From positions 7,572 to 71,571 of the forward strand of contig CAWIAU010000001.1 of assembly GCA_963834265.1 (NCBI GenBank): a DNA stretch of 64,000 nucleotides. The letters run 5' to 3'. A program made the position numbers and the translations under genes. Within the stretch, counting starts at the first letter, position 1; each line of letters opens with the position of its first letter. The stretch is from an uncultured bacterium (GTDB lineage Bacteria > Patescibacteriota > Saccharimonadia > Saccharimonadales > 2-12-FULL-41-12). The notes beneath the pieces are model-generated. The model did not search any database and was not told where the DNA came from. It saw nothing but the letters and a program-made list of their open reading frames with translations. Below are positions 55,971 to 64,000 of this stretch, piece by piece.

Positions 55971-56621
55971 ATGGATAAACAATTTTTGTTGGTTTTAGGA
56001 GTCATTATTGCTGCTTTGGTAGGCGTATTCGCGTTTACCAAAGAAAAAGCCGCTACACCGGGCACAGATACAGCTCAGAACAGCTCCCAGGTCGGCAGTC
56101 GAACAGTAGGCGAAGGTACCGGAGGAGTAACGCTTGTAGAGTATGGCGACTTCGAATGTCCGGCGTGTAAGTCTTATTATCCTATCATTCAGGAGATTAA
56201 AAAGTCATACGGCGATCAGATAAAATTCCAGTTCCGACACTTTCCGCTTGTCCAGATTCATCAGAACGCAATGCTGGGCAGTCGTGCCGCTGAAGCAGCA
56301 AATAATCAGGGGAAGTTCTTCGAAATGCATGATCTGTTGTACGAAAATCAGGATACCTGGTCCAAGACCACCAGTCCCAACAGCGTACTGGAAACATTTG
56401 CAAAACAGCTGAATCTTGATGTCGAAAAATTCAAAGCAGATATGTCTAGCGAAGCAACTCTGAAGACAATCAATGCCGATATCAAAACAGGACAGGCTTT
56501 AGGTGCTAACTCAACACCGACATTTGTGATCAACGGTAAAAAAATTGACAAGAATCCGCAATCTCTGGAAGATTTCAAAAAGCTGATCGACGAAGCACTG
56601 GCCGAAAAGAAACCCCAATAA
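55971..56621 (+). CDS. DsbA-family thiol:disulfide oxidoreductase, membrane anchored
   Basis: N-terminal TM helix and a thioredoxin fold with active site CPAC (FECPACKSY). Confidence 0.85.
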   Translation: MDKQFLLVLGVIIAALVGVFAFTKEKAATPGTDTAQNSSQVGSRTVGEGTGGVTLVEYGDFECPACKSYYPIIQEIKKSYGDQIKFQFRHFPLVQIHQNAMLGSRAAEAANNQGKFFEMHDLLYENQDTWSKTTSPNSVLETFAKQLNLDVEKFKADMSSEATLKTINADIKTGQALGANSTPTFVINGKKIDKNPQSLEDFKKLIDEALAEKKPQ

Positions 56622-56646
56622 ATTCTTCTTTCTTTTGATAAAAGGT

Positions 56647-56900
56647 ATGTTCTTCCGACGAAGAACCAAGTCGATACTTTTGTCTTCAGCAACAAAAGTA
56701 CCCAAAAACGCCGCAGACAATTACCGGAACACGACTGTCACCCATACCAGCTCAGTCCGTGCCGGCAAAGACTCCCTTTGGTCGGTCCTGCTTAATAATT
56801 CTCAAAAAGATGCAGGACTTATTTGCCGGCAATCACCCCCACTAACCTGATGACCGCCAATCGGTTTCGGCAAATGCTGAATAAAATCCAAAGACTAAAT
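56647..56900. repeat. copy B of the ~250-nt structured repeat (first copy at 35028-35273)
   Basis: Collinear with copy A, with the same two 5' hairpins and long-range complementary segments (TGCCGGCAAA / TTTGCCGGCA). It starts 26 nt after the dsbA-like stop and ends 10 nt before the stop of the pilin-like gene. Confidence 0.85.
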
Positions 56901-56909
56901 TAATTAGTT

Positions 56910-57503
56910 TTAGAGTTTGGTTATTGTTGGCTGCTGTTTGACTAATGCTTGTTTTAGTTCACTAAATAATGCGATATTAGGATCGTTTTCCGGAACAGTG
57001 TTTGGGTTATGGCAAGGTGCTTGGTTATTTCCTTCAAAGGCATAGTACCTATCACCGATTTTAACACCACCAAAGGATTCGAGATCTGCCTGAGTTAACG
57101 GTGTACCGAAATGGTCATCTCCTACTTTTGCTGCATTTATAACAGCTAAACCTCCGCCATTTCCAAACTCCCCTCGCGCTGTACAGCCCTCAAAGCCTTT
57201 AAGGCTATCAAAATGCCTGACTGAGATATAAACAAAGCCGCTTTCGTGCACAAAATAATACGCATCTTTGAGCTTATCGTTAAGCTCAAATTTTATCCCT
57301 AGCTCTTTAATTTCAAGGTATTTCTTCTCATCCTTCTTCGCTTCTTCAACTTTTGTTGTTGTTTGCTGTGAAGATTGAGTTGCTTTAGAATTATCTTTAT
57401 TAGCATTCACTACGTAGAATCCGACGCCGGCTATCATAGTTAGGGCTATGACAATTAGTAAGCCTTCGATCATGCCGAAACCTTTTTGATTAAGCTTTTG
57501 CAT
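56910..57503 (-). CDS. type IV pilin-like protein (prepilin-type N-terminus)
   Basis: MQKLNQKG|FGMIEGLLIVIALTMIAGVGFYV with Gly at -1, Phe at +1 and Glu at +5. The C-terminal domain has a Cys pair. Confidence 0.7.
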   Translation of the reverse strand: MQKLNQKGFGMIEGLLIVIALTMIAGVGFYVVNANKDNSKATQSSQQTTTKVEEAKKDEKKYLEIKELGIKFELNDKLKDAYYFVHESGFVYISVRHFDSLKGFEGCTARGEFGNGGGLAVINAAKVGDDHFGTPLTQADLESFGGVKIGDRYYAFEGNNQAPCHNPNTVPENDPNIALFSELKQALVKQQPTITKL

Positions 57504-57856
57504 TATCCGGTCCGCCTTTACGATTATGATTATTTGCTAGTTATTATACAGCTTTTAACCCTATTTAATAATCCTTTAGTCCATGGATTTCCTCAGGCCC
57601 GAATAGCTTCCTGATGTGCGAGTGTCACAAGCACAATTAGGGCCAAGGCAATGTCTGAACCAATTTCTCACTGAAAGTTAATTAATAATTGATGAGTTTG
57701 CCGGGCATTGTGCTCTTTGACAATGAGATCATAAAGAATCTTTTGTCGCCTGCCATTTTTTCGCTTCGTTTTTGTTGGCACAAAAAGGAAGTCGGGCTGA
57801 CCTTCAGGTCAGAATGAAATTGATTTCAAATTAAAAAATTTTGACTTTTCAGGCAA

Positions 57857-58324
57857 TTAGAATTTTTTGTGCATCAGGTCGTTGAGTTTGTCGACTGATT
57901 TGCCGAATATTTTGCGACGCTCATGCTCGACCTGCAGACTGGCATGAAGCTTTATCATTACCTGGCTGGTTGCCTGCTGGGTGTGGAGCTTATGAAAATC
58001 TTTATCCAGTTGTTCCAACTCCTCGTCAGTCAGTTCTTCCAGCCCGACGAATGCGTCACGCGCGCGGGTAGCCCGGATCAACTCATCAAGCTTCAACTGT
58101 ACGGCCTTTCCATCACGATTCTGAGTATTCTGGATCAGAAACACCATCAGGAAAGTTACGATCGTTGTGCCGGTATTAATAACTAATTGCCAGGTGTCAG
58201 AAAAATCGAAAGCAGGACCTGTAACTGACCACACGACGATTACCATTACGGCCAGAGAAAACGCGGCGGCGCTGCCGGCTGCCTGGGACACTCTATTGGA
58301 AATCTTGCGGAAGATTGGTTTCAT
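57857..58324 (-). CDS. low-affinity iron permease-like small membrane protein
   Basis: The start is trimmed to the ATG at 58324 (MKPIFRKISNR), because the track start at 58393 would leave 3 nt to the divergent gene. Two TM helices contain VINTGTTIVTFLMVFLIQNTQNRD, then LDELI. Confidence 0.6.
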   Translation of the reverse strand: MKPIFRKISNRVSQAAGSAAAFSLAVMVIVVWSVTGPAFDFSDTWQLVINTGTTIVTFLMVFLIQNTQNRDGKAVQLKLDELIRATRARDAFVGLEELTDEELEQLDKDFHKLHTQQATSQVMIKLHASLQVEHERRKIFGKSVDKLNDLMHKKF

Positions 58325-58396
58325 GCTTGTGTTTACGTTAGAATAAGTACTAAGTATTAGCGTAACATAGCAAACTAAAAAGTACCCGCACAAAAA

Positions 58397-60091
58397 ATGG
58401 ATTCTATCTTCACCGAACTTAGTCTGGTCATAGTCGTAACGGCAGCTGTATCGATATTCATGAAATGGATCAAGCAGCCATTGATTCTGGGCTATATACT
58501 GGCCGGTTTGCTGGTAGGACCTTCATTATTCAATCTGATCCATCATACAGAATTATTTGAGACATTTTCTAAACTTGGCATTGCCTTGCTGTTGTTCATA
58601 GTAGGTCTGGGCATGAATGTATCGGAGCTTCGCAAGCTCGGTAAGGTCGTGCCTTTGATTGCCGCATCCTCTTTGTTCGGAATTACGCTGCTTGGTTTTG
58701 CCGCCAGTACGCTGTTCGGCTTCGGCAAGATCGAATCTCTGATCGTAGGATTGAGTCTGTTCTTCAGCAGTACGATTATTATTATCAAGATTCTGTCTGA
58801 CAAGCACGAACAGGGCCGGCTGCACGGCCAGATTGCCATCGGTGTCATCTTGGTCGAAGATATCGTGGCTACCTTTGCCCTGCTGTTCATCGTGGCCGGC
58901 AAAAACGGACAGCTGGATCTTGAGCAGATCGGCTTGCTTCTGGGCAAAGGTTTAGCCCTTCTGGCGCTGCTGGCAATTTGTAATACCCGCATTCTGCCCC
59001 GCGTATCAAGGTATATGGCATCTACGCAGGAACTGTTGTTCTTATTTGCTATCAGCTGGGGCTTCGGCATCGCGACTTTGTTTGAGCTGGCCGGCTTCTC
59101 TATCGAAGTCGGTGCCTTGTTTGCCGGGGTTGCATTGGCATCTTCCCCGTACGTACAGGAAATTGCGGCCAGGCTCAAGCCGTTGCGGGACTTCTTCATC
59201 GTGCTGTTCTTTATCGGACTGGGCGAAAGTATGGATCTGGGAAGCATTTCTTCGGCAATCGTACCCGCACTTGTACTATCTGCCATTGCCATTATCGCCA
59301 AGCCGTTCATTATCACTACCACGATGGGCATGCTCGGCTATACCAAGCGCGTCAGCTTCAAGGCCGGGATCAACCTGTCACAAATTAGTGAATTTTCCAT
59401 TGTATTGGTAGTCCTGGCCGCCGGTATAGGTATGGTCAGGCCGGAAATTGTTTCTATCATTACTCTGGTCGCGATTATTACCATTGCCGTCTCGGCATAT
59501 CTGATGCAATACGATGACCAGCTGTTTGAGCGCTTCAACCGTATCAAGCTGCACATGTTCGAAAAAGAAGTTACCTACCGCGAGAAACGCAGCCCGCGGG
59601 CTTACCAGATGGTGCTACTTGGCTATCATCATGGCGGCCACGAATTTATCAGGACATTTTCCGGTATGCACAAAAAGTATCTGGTGATCGATTACGATCC
59701 CGAAGTTATCGATATATTGGAACACCAGAAGATCGACTACCTGTATGGCGACGCGACCGATACAGAGTTGCTGCGTGAAGCCGGCATAGATAAGAGCAAA
59801 CTGGTCGTATCGACCATGACTGACCATGATGCCAACATGTTCGTGGCCAAGCTGTTGCACGAAATCAATCCTGATGCTGTACTGATCTGTCATGCTGATA
59901 ATATCAAGCAGGCCGGCGAGCTATATAATACGGGAGCAAGCTATGTGATGATTCCGCACCACATCGGCAGCGAAAAAATGAGCGCTTTTATTAAACGAGC
60001 TGGTACCGATAAGAATGAATTCGAGAAATACCGACATAAACACATGGCCTACCTTCAGGCCCATTCTCCCGACCCCCTCGATTTCGACTAG
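58397..60091 (+). CDS. CPA2-type cation:proton antiporter with C-terminal RCK/TrkA-N domain (Kef-like)
   Basis: About 12 TM helices (ILGYILAGLLVGP...), then a Rossmann-like MVLLGYHHGGHEFIRTF ... YGDATD. Confidence 0.85.
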   Translation: MDSIFTELSLVIVVTAAVSIFMKWIKQPLILGYILAGLLVGPSLFNLIHHTELFETFSKLGIALLLFIVGLGMNVSELRKLGKVVPLIAASSLFGITLLGFAASTLFGFGKIESLIVGLSLFFSSTIIIIKILSDKHEQGRLHGQIAIGVILVEDIVATFALLFIVAGKNGQLDLEQIGLLLGKGLALLALLAICNTRILPRVSRYMASTQELLFLFAISWGFGIATLFELAGFSIEVGALFAGVALASSPYVQEIAARLKPLRDFFIVLFFIGLGESMDLGSISSAIVPALVLSAIAIIAKPFIITTTMGMLGYTKRVSFKAGINLSQISEFSIVLVVLAAGIGMVRPEIVSIITLVAIITIAVSAYLMQYDDQLFERFNRIKLHMFEKEVTYREKRSPRAYQMVLLGYHHGGHEFIRTFSGMHKKYLVIDYDPEVIDILEHQKIDYLYGDATDTELLREAGIDKSKLVVSTMTDHDANMFVAKLLHEINPDAVLICHADNIKQAGELYNTGASYVMIPHHIGSEKMSAFIKRAGTDKNEFEKYRHKHMAYLQAHSPDPLDFD

Positions 60092-60119
60092 CACTCATGC
60101 TCACGTGTGAAATACGTGC

Positions 60120-60635
60120 TCAGTCCCTATAGAGATTGTGCTTATTTATATACTGCTGAACCTGCGGATCAAGATCAGCTGATATTTTCTGATTTTTTAA
60201 TATAGTCCGTATTTTAAATGAGGATGCCATGCCATAGGGTGCATGATCATCTCTTTTTCCAACTATTAATTGTACATCTTTTAGCACTTCGGAAACGTTT
60301 TCCCAGCTATCAATATGCTCTGCAACATCTTTCCCCAGCAACAGATAAAGCTGAGCATCCGGATGTTCATTTCGAATCTCTGGCAAGCCATTGGTTATCG
60401 GAAAGTCTATTGTGTTAACTTCGTACATTACAATTTGCGAATTATTCGCAAAGGTTAATTGAACCATTTTCTTCCTGTGCTTATAATCTGCCAAACAACT
60501 CTTGTATCGCGGCTTCTTCTCAACCAGTACCAGAACTTTATCGAGACCATGCTCGTCGATAGCACTACTGACAAAAGCAGTATGCCCCAAATGTACCGGG
60601 TCAAAACTCCCTGCAAAAATCCCGGTCTTTTGCAC
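60120..60635 (-). CDS. nadD: nicotinate-nucleotide adenylyltransferase
   Basis: GIFAGSFDPVHLGH (the GxFxPxHxGH motif), 171 aa. Confidence 0.85.
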   Translation of the reverse strand: MQKTGIFAGSFDPVHLGHTAFVSSAIDEHGLDKVLVLVEKKPRYKSCLADYKHRKKMVQLTFANNSQIVMYEVNTIDFPITNGLPEIRNEHPDAQLYLLLGKDVAEHIDSWENVSEVLKDVQLIVGKRDDHAPYGMASSFKIRTILKNQKISADLDPQVQQYINKHNLYRD

Positions 60636-61333
60636 TACCTGACTCCGACTAACTTAGCTATGGAAGTGCCTGCCGAAACTTCCCTTACCTGTCTGTGTTC
60701 CGTTTCTTCCCCGGGAGTACGCGTATCAGAAGTTGCAGGAGCTTTTTCTGCGTCCTCGCCTCTCGGCCGTGAAATTGTTTTTTGCGTATTTCCACCGACG
60801 CAATCATTACATACATGCTGTCTGATAAGTCGTTTCCCGCAGCCCCAGCAGTCTTTGGCGCGGCTTCCGCCACTACCCCCACTCATTCTTTGCATATTTG
60901 AAGACACTTCTTCTGCGTTAACTTCTCCATCATGTGGTTCATCGTCATCTGGCTCTACCGCTAAATCCGTATTTGCAGAAATCCCTGGTTGTTTCGCGCC
61001 TGCTTCTATGGATTTATCAGTTTCACTATGTTTATTAAGTGAAGGTGCCTCCGGCACAACAAAGCTTGTAATAACTTCTCCTAATAATTCTGTCTGTGGT
61101 TGACCTGTTACTTCAGTAGCTCCCAGAGTTTGTTCCCCGATTGGTTCTAAGGGAATTGTAACCCGGAATAATTCCAGAGCAGCTCCGCCGATCATAGGCT
61201 CTGCTGCATGTGGCGCGACCATTCCTGACAATTCAGGATGATATAAAGGCACAGGGGCAAAATCAGCAATTGCCAATTGTTCCGCACCAAACATCGCCAT
61301 TTTACCTCCAACTGCATCCATGCACGCCCCCAA
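60635..61333 (-). CDS. acidic hypothetical protein with C-terminal CxxC...CxxC zinc-ribbon-like motif
   Basis: 232 aa; DCWGCGKRLIRQHVCNDC near the C-terminus; its stop abuts the nadD start (60635). Confidence 0.6.
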   Translation of the reverse strand: MGACMDAVGGKMAMFGAEQLAIADFAPVPLYHPELSGMVAPHAAEPMIGGAALELFRVTIPLEPIGEQTLGATEVTGQPQTELLGEVITSFVVPEAPSLNKHSETDKSIEAGAKQPGISANTDLAVEPDDDEPHDGEVNAEEVSSNMQRMSGGSGGSRAKDCWGCGKRLIRQHVCNDCVGGNTQKTISRPRGEDAEKAPATSDTRTPGEETEHRQVREVSAGTSIAKLVGVR

Positions 61334-61429
61334 GGTCGTATAAATTTACTTATACGTTGTTTACAACTTATTATACCCCACTCCGATTTTTTCCTGCTAA
61401 ATTAAAATGAGCTCTGTGTTGTCGTCAAT

Positions 61430-62863
61430 TCATGAAGAAGTTTGTGTGTCGGACGAACCTATCTTTAATTTGTTCGCGCTAGCTTTGGCAGCAAAAGAAA
61501 CTAATGCTTTGGCCATGGTATTGCCAGTGGTAGCCCAAACCGGTATGCTACCCTTATCAAATATTGGCTGGCACTTTTCTATGCAGACATCACATGGTCC
61601 GCATACTGTAGCCCCAGGGCCTGATGGGCATTTTTCTATCCGGCATTTTGCCATTTTTTTCTTCCAAGTCTCTTTGCCCTTTTTAATAAGTTCACCGGTT
61701 TTGTTGACTTCCAGTCCAAGTTCTTTGGCTCTGTCTAAGCTGATTGATCCACCGCAGAAAATCACCGTTTCTTTGACCAGGTCGGCTCTGACAAGTTCCT
61801 GTGCCGCTTGTTGAATATAACCAGCAGCAGTCAGCTCAGAAGCACGATTAAGATGAGTAGCTGCTGCTTCACCGAACGTATCCTTGGCATACTCTGGCGA
61901 AAGGACGCAAATAGCCGAAAGTATTCGATCAATTTCTTCCGAGAATATATTCTTGTGTTCCTCGGTATCTATAGATCCATTCCATAACATACCATCCAGC
62001 TGTGCCTGCAGTGTCGCCAGACCATCAAAGTAACATTCCACTGCATTTTCGCGCTGCTTGCTTATCTCGCTTAATTTATTGTAGCCAGGGTGATTCTGCT
62101 TTTCGGTGTCCACGTCACCGTATAAAACTCCGAATCCAGAATATCTATCCAGCCTTCTTGTAATGTCTGTAGCGCCTAACGGATGGTCATATAGCGAATA
62201 GACAACTGGTGTTTTTAATGCTTCAACATCGGGTTCACCATTCCCAAGCGTAATGCCCTCGCTTTTAAAAAAACGAATGGTACTCTCCGGAGTTCCGTTA
62301 CTACGACTGACTTGCTGGATAACTCTGGTATACGTTCCGCCTTCGTTTACCCGCAATGTGGTCGATCGAACCATACCTTTTTTATTTTTATCCCGGTAAC
62401 CCAGGCTTGTGGCTATAGCACTGTCCAGAGAGATAGGATAATCAGATACTTCCCCGACGGCTGTATCTCCAGATAATAAACCGTCTGCAATTGCCTGGTG
62501 GGTATCACCTATGTAGAGTTCATTACAGAGTTCGAAAAATCTGCGCTCTTTTTCCTGCTTGGGTAATGAATCATTCCAGCCATTTACCAGCCTCGCAAGA
62601 ACTATTGCGTTTATGTCCTCTACTGTCTGGCCGTGAATTTCTACAACAGACTCGTGTGCTGAAGCTGTAAGTGCCTCCATGAGTAATGTTCTGGCATTAT
62701 CACGATACTCGCCATGACTCACTGCAGGATTTGGTAAATCCGCTCTATTTTCTATTAAATTCCGAGCGCGTTGTTCAATTTGCTCGCGCTCAAATCCAAT
62801 CGCTTCAGAAAAACCTTGCGCTGATCTTATTTCTACTGTCTCTGGTGTGGCTGCTCCGGCCAT
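61430..62863 (-). CDS. hypothetical 477-aa protein with C-terminal Cys-rich cluster
   Basis: No signal peptide or TM helix. C-terminal KCRIEKCPSGPGATVCGPCDVCIEKC. AAGGGG RBS, and a minus-strand TATAAT at 62921-62916. Confidence 0.65.
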   Translation of the reverse strand: MAGAATPETVEIRSAQGFSEAIGFEREQIEQRARNLIENRADLPNPAVSHGEYRDNARTLLMEALTASAHESVVEIHGQTVEDINAIVLARLVNGWNDSLPKQEKERRFFELCNELYIGDTHQAIADGLLSGDTAVGEVSDYPISLDSAIATSLGYRDKNKKGMVRSTTLRVNEGGTYTRVIQQVSRSNGTPESTIRFFKSEGITLGNGEPDVEALKTPVVYSLYDHPLGATDITRRLDRYSGFGVLYGDVDTEKQNHPGYNKLSEISKQRENAVECYFDGLATLQAQLDGMLWNGSIDTEEHKNIFSEEIDRILSAICVLSPEYAKDTFGEAAATHLNRASELTAAGYIQQAAQELVRADLVKETVIFCGGSISLDRAKELGLEVNKTGELIKKGKETWKKKMAKCRIEKCPSGPGATVCGPCDVCIEKCQPIFDKGSIPVWATTGNTMAKALVSFAAKASANKLKIGSSDTQTSS

Positions 62864-63121
62864 AAAATAAACCCCTTGTCTATATCAAGCAGGAACAAGA
62901 GACTAGAAATATCAGATTATAGCTTTTTGCTTCTGCCCGGAAGACTTTAGCTGTATCGGACTCTCCTTTAGCCCTCATAGACTTCAGGTAAACCGTTGCG
63001 GCACAGTTCACGATTTGCACGTGATTCCAGCTTTATATTGTTAAGTACTCTCAGAATACCACGCTATAGCTAGCGTGCAATACGTCAAATTTACACCAGC
63101 AGTGGGGGTTTGATCTATGGC

Positions 63122-63928
63122 CTAAAGAACCAGGGCTGCTAATATTATTATGCCAAGGATAATTCGGTAATAAGCAAAAAGTTTAAAGTCATGACGCGAT
63201 ATATAGCGCAGCAACCATTTAATAGCGACGAGGGCGGTGATGAAAGCTGCGGCCGTACCGACCAGCAAGGCCGACACTCCTCCGTCTACTGTCGTAATTT
63301 CATCCCTGGCTTTAAATATTTGGTACGAACCCGCCAGCAGTAAAATCGGGATGCTCAGGTAGAACGAAAAAGCCGTAGCCGTCACCCGATCCAGGCCGCT
63401 CAGCAGCCCACCCATAATCGTTGACCCCGACCTTGAAACACCCGGAACAAGCGCGAGCATCTGGAATAGCCCTACTCTAATGGCTTGCGCCGTGGTGATA
63501 TGGTCAAGCCGAGCCTCTGTCCCACGATTTTTAGCTGCGCGGTGATAAGTTTCGATCAGCCAAATAGCGATTCCGCCGATTATCAGTGCGATGGCAACCG
63601 TAGTAGCCACTGCATAGACAGACACCGAATCCTTGAGCAAAAAGCCGGTAAGTCCTCCGGGAATCGTTGCGAGAATCCATATTTTCCAAAAATGTATAGC
63701 TGCTTTTTCGCCCTTTATTAGTCCGGTAATACGCTGAATCAAGTCGTGGCGATAATTCCAGATTACAGCAGCGATTGCACCCAGCTGAATAACCACTGTA
63801 AAGATTTTGAAGGTATCCTTATAGCCCATCAAATGCTCAGCTACAATCAAATGCCCAGTGCTCGAAATAGGCAAAAACTCTGTCAGACCTTCAATTACTC
63901 CTAAAGCGATAGCCTGTAGAATTTCCAT
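63122..63928 (-). CDS. uppP: undecaprenyl-diphosphate phosphatase
   Basis: GLTEFLPISSTGHL, PGVSRSGSTI, 8 TM helices. Confidence 0.9.
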   Translation of the reverse strand: MEILQAIALGVIEGLTEFLPISSTGHLIVAEHLMGYKDTFKIFTVVIQLGAIAAVIWNYRHDLIQRITGLIKGEKAAIHFWKIWILATIPGGLTGFLLKDSVSVYAVATTVAIALIIGGIAIWLIETYHRAAKNRGTEARLDHITTAQAIRVGLFQMLALVPGVSRSGSTIMGGLLSGLDRVTATAFSFYLSIPILLLAGSYQIFKARDEITTVDGGVSALLVGTAAAFITALVAIKWLLRYISRHDFKLFAYYRIILGIIILAALVL

Positions 63929-64000
63929 TTAGCCTATTATACCTTCTTTCGCAACTCTGACAGACGGGCGATGAAGCTCCCCGCAGCGCCGTCCAGGCCT

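Noticed and set aside
55901-56065. N-terminal extensions given by the ORF track for 54887-56065 and 57857-58393.
   Set aside because: The extensions overlap or abut divergent genes (the dsbA-like start at 55971 and the antiporter start at 58397). They precede internal ATGs that give canonical family N-termini (MTEWFFLL..., MKPIFRKISNR...).
35028-56900. The two 250-nt copies as a template/variable repeat pair of a diversity-generating retroelement.
   Set aside because: Differences are not restricted to adenine positions, neither copy lies in the 3' end of a target gene, and no reverse transcriptase is in the window.

Overview
The window reads as one contiguous chromosomal segment of a small-genome, Gram-positive-like bacterium. 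The gene content suggests a Patescibacteria/CPR organism, possibly Saccharibacteria-like, but this placement is inference and not a database result. The relevant content is type IV pilin-like genes, a ComEC uptake operon, an archaeal-type AspRS, VKOR plus DsbA, many single-TM surface proteins with disordered tails, and almost no biosynthesis. The standard genetic code applies, since TGA, TAA and TAG all terminate long ORFs. I support about 60 protein genes, one tRNA-Met(CAT), one unannotated 43-aa gene, several intrinsic terminators and a recurrent extended -10 promoter type (TGnTAnnnT). No rRNA, CRISPR array, transposase, integrase or recognisable defence system is visible. Six observations merit a second look. 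(1) A family of about 165-nt rod-shaped hairpin elements. Two of them (47169-47335 on the minus strand and 52941-53103 on the plus strand) share a conserved core and have covarying, perfectly paired outer stems. A third is similar in architecture (44476-44644). (2) A roughly 250-nt structured repeat present twice (35028-35273 and 56647-56900), both copies in convergent intergenic gaps next to pilin-like loci. (3) A DNA-uptake operon in which a ComEC lacking its nuclease domain is translationally coupled to a secreted DUF1524 nuclease. It is followed by a surface protein with two lamin-tail domains and four Cys-bracketed QERNPETNRC modules. (4) A 1593-aa envelope protein combining a bulb lectin, four beta-sandwich repeats, a lytic transglycosylase and an M23 peptidase. 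(5) An in-frame TGA inside the catalytic motif of an otherwise intact GmhB-type phosphatase. (6) A two-gene pair of unknown Cys-rich (zinc-ribbon-like) proteins in an operon with nadD. All functional calls come from motif recognition by eye; no searches or folding programs were run.
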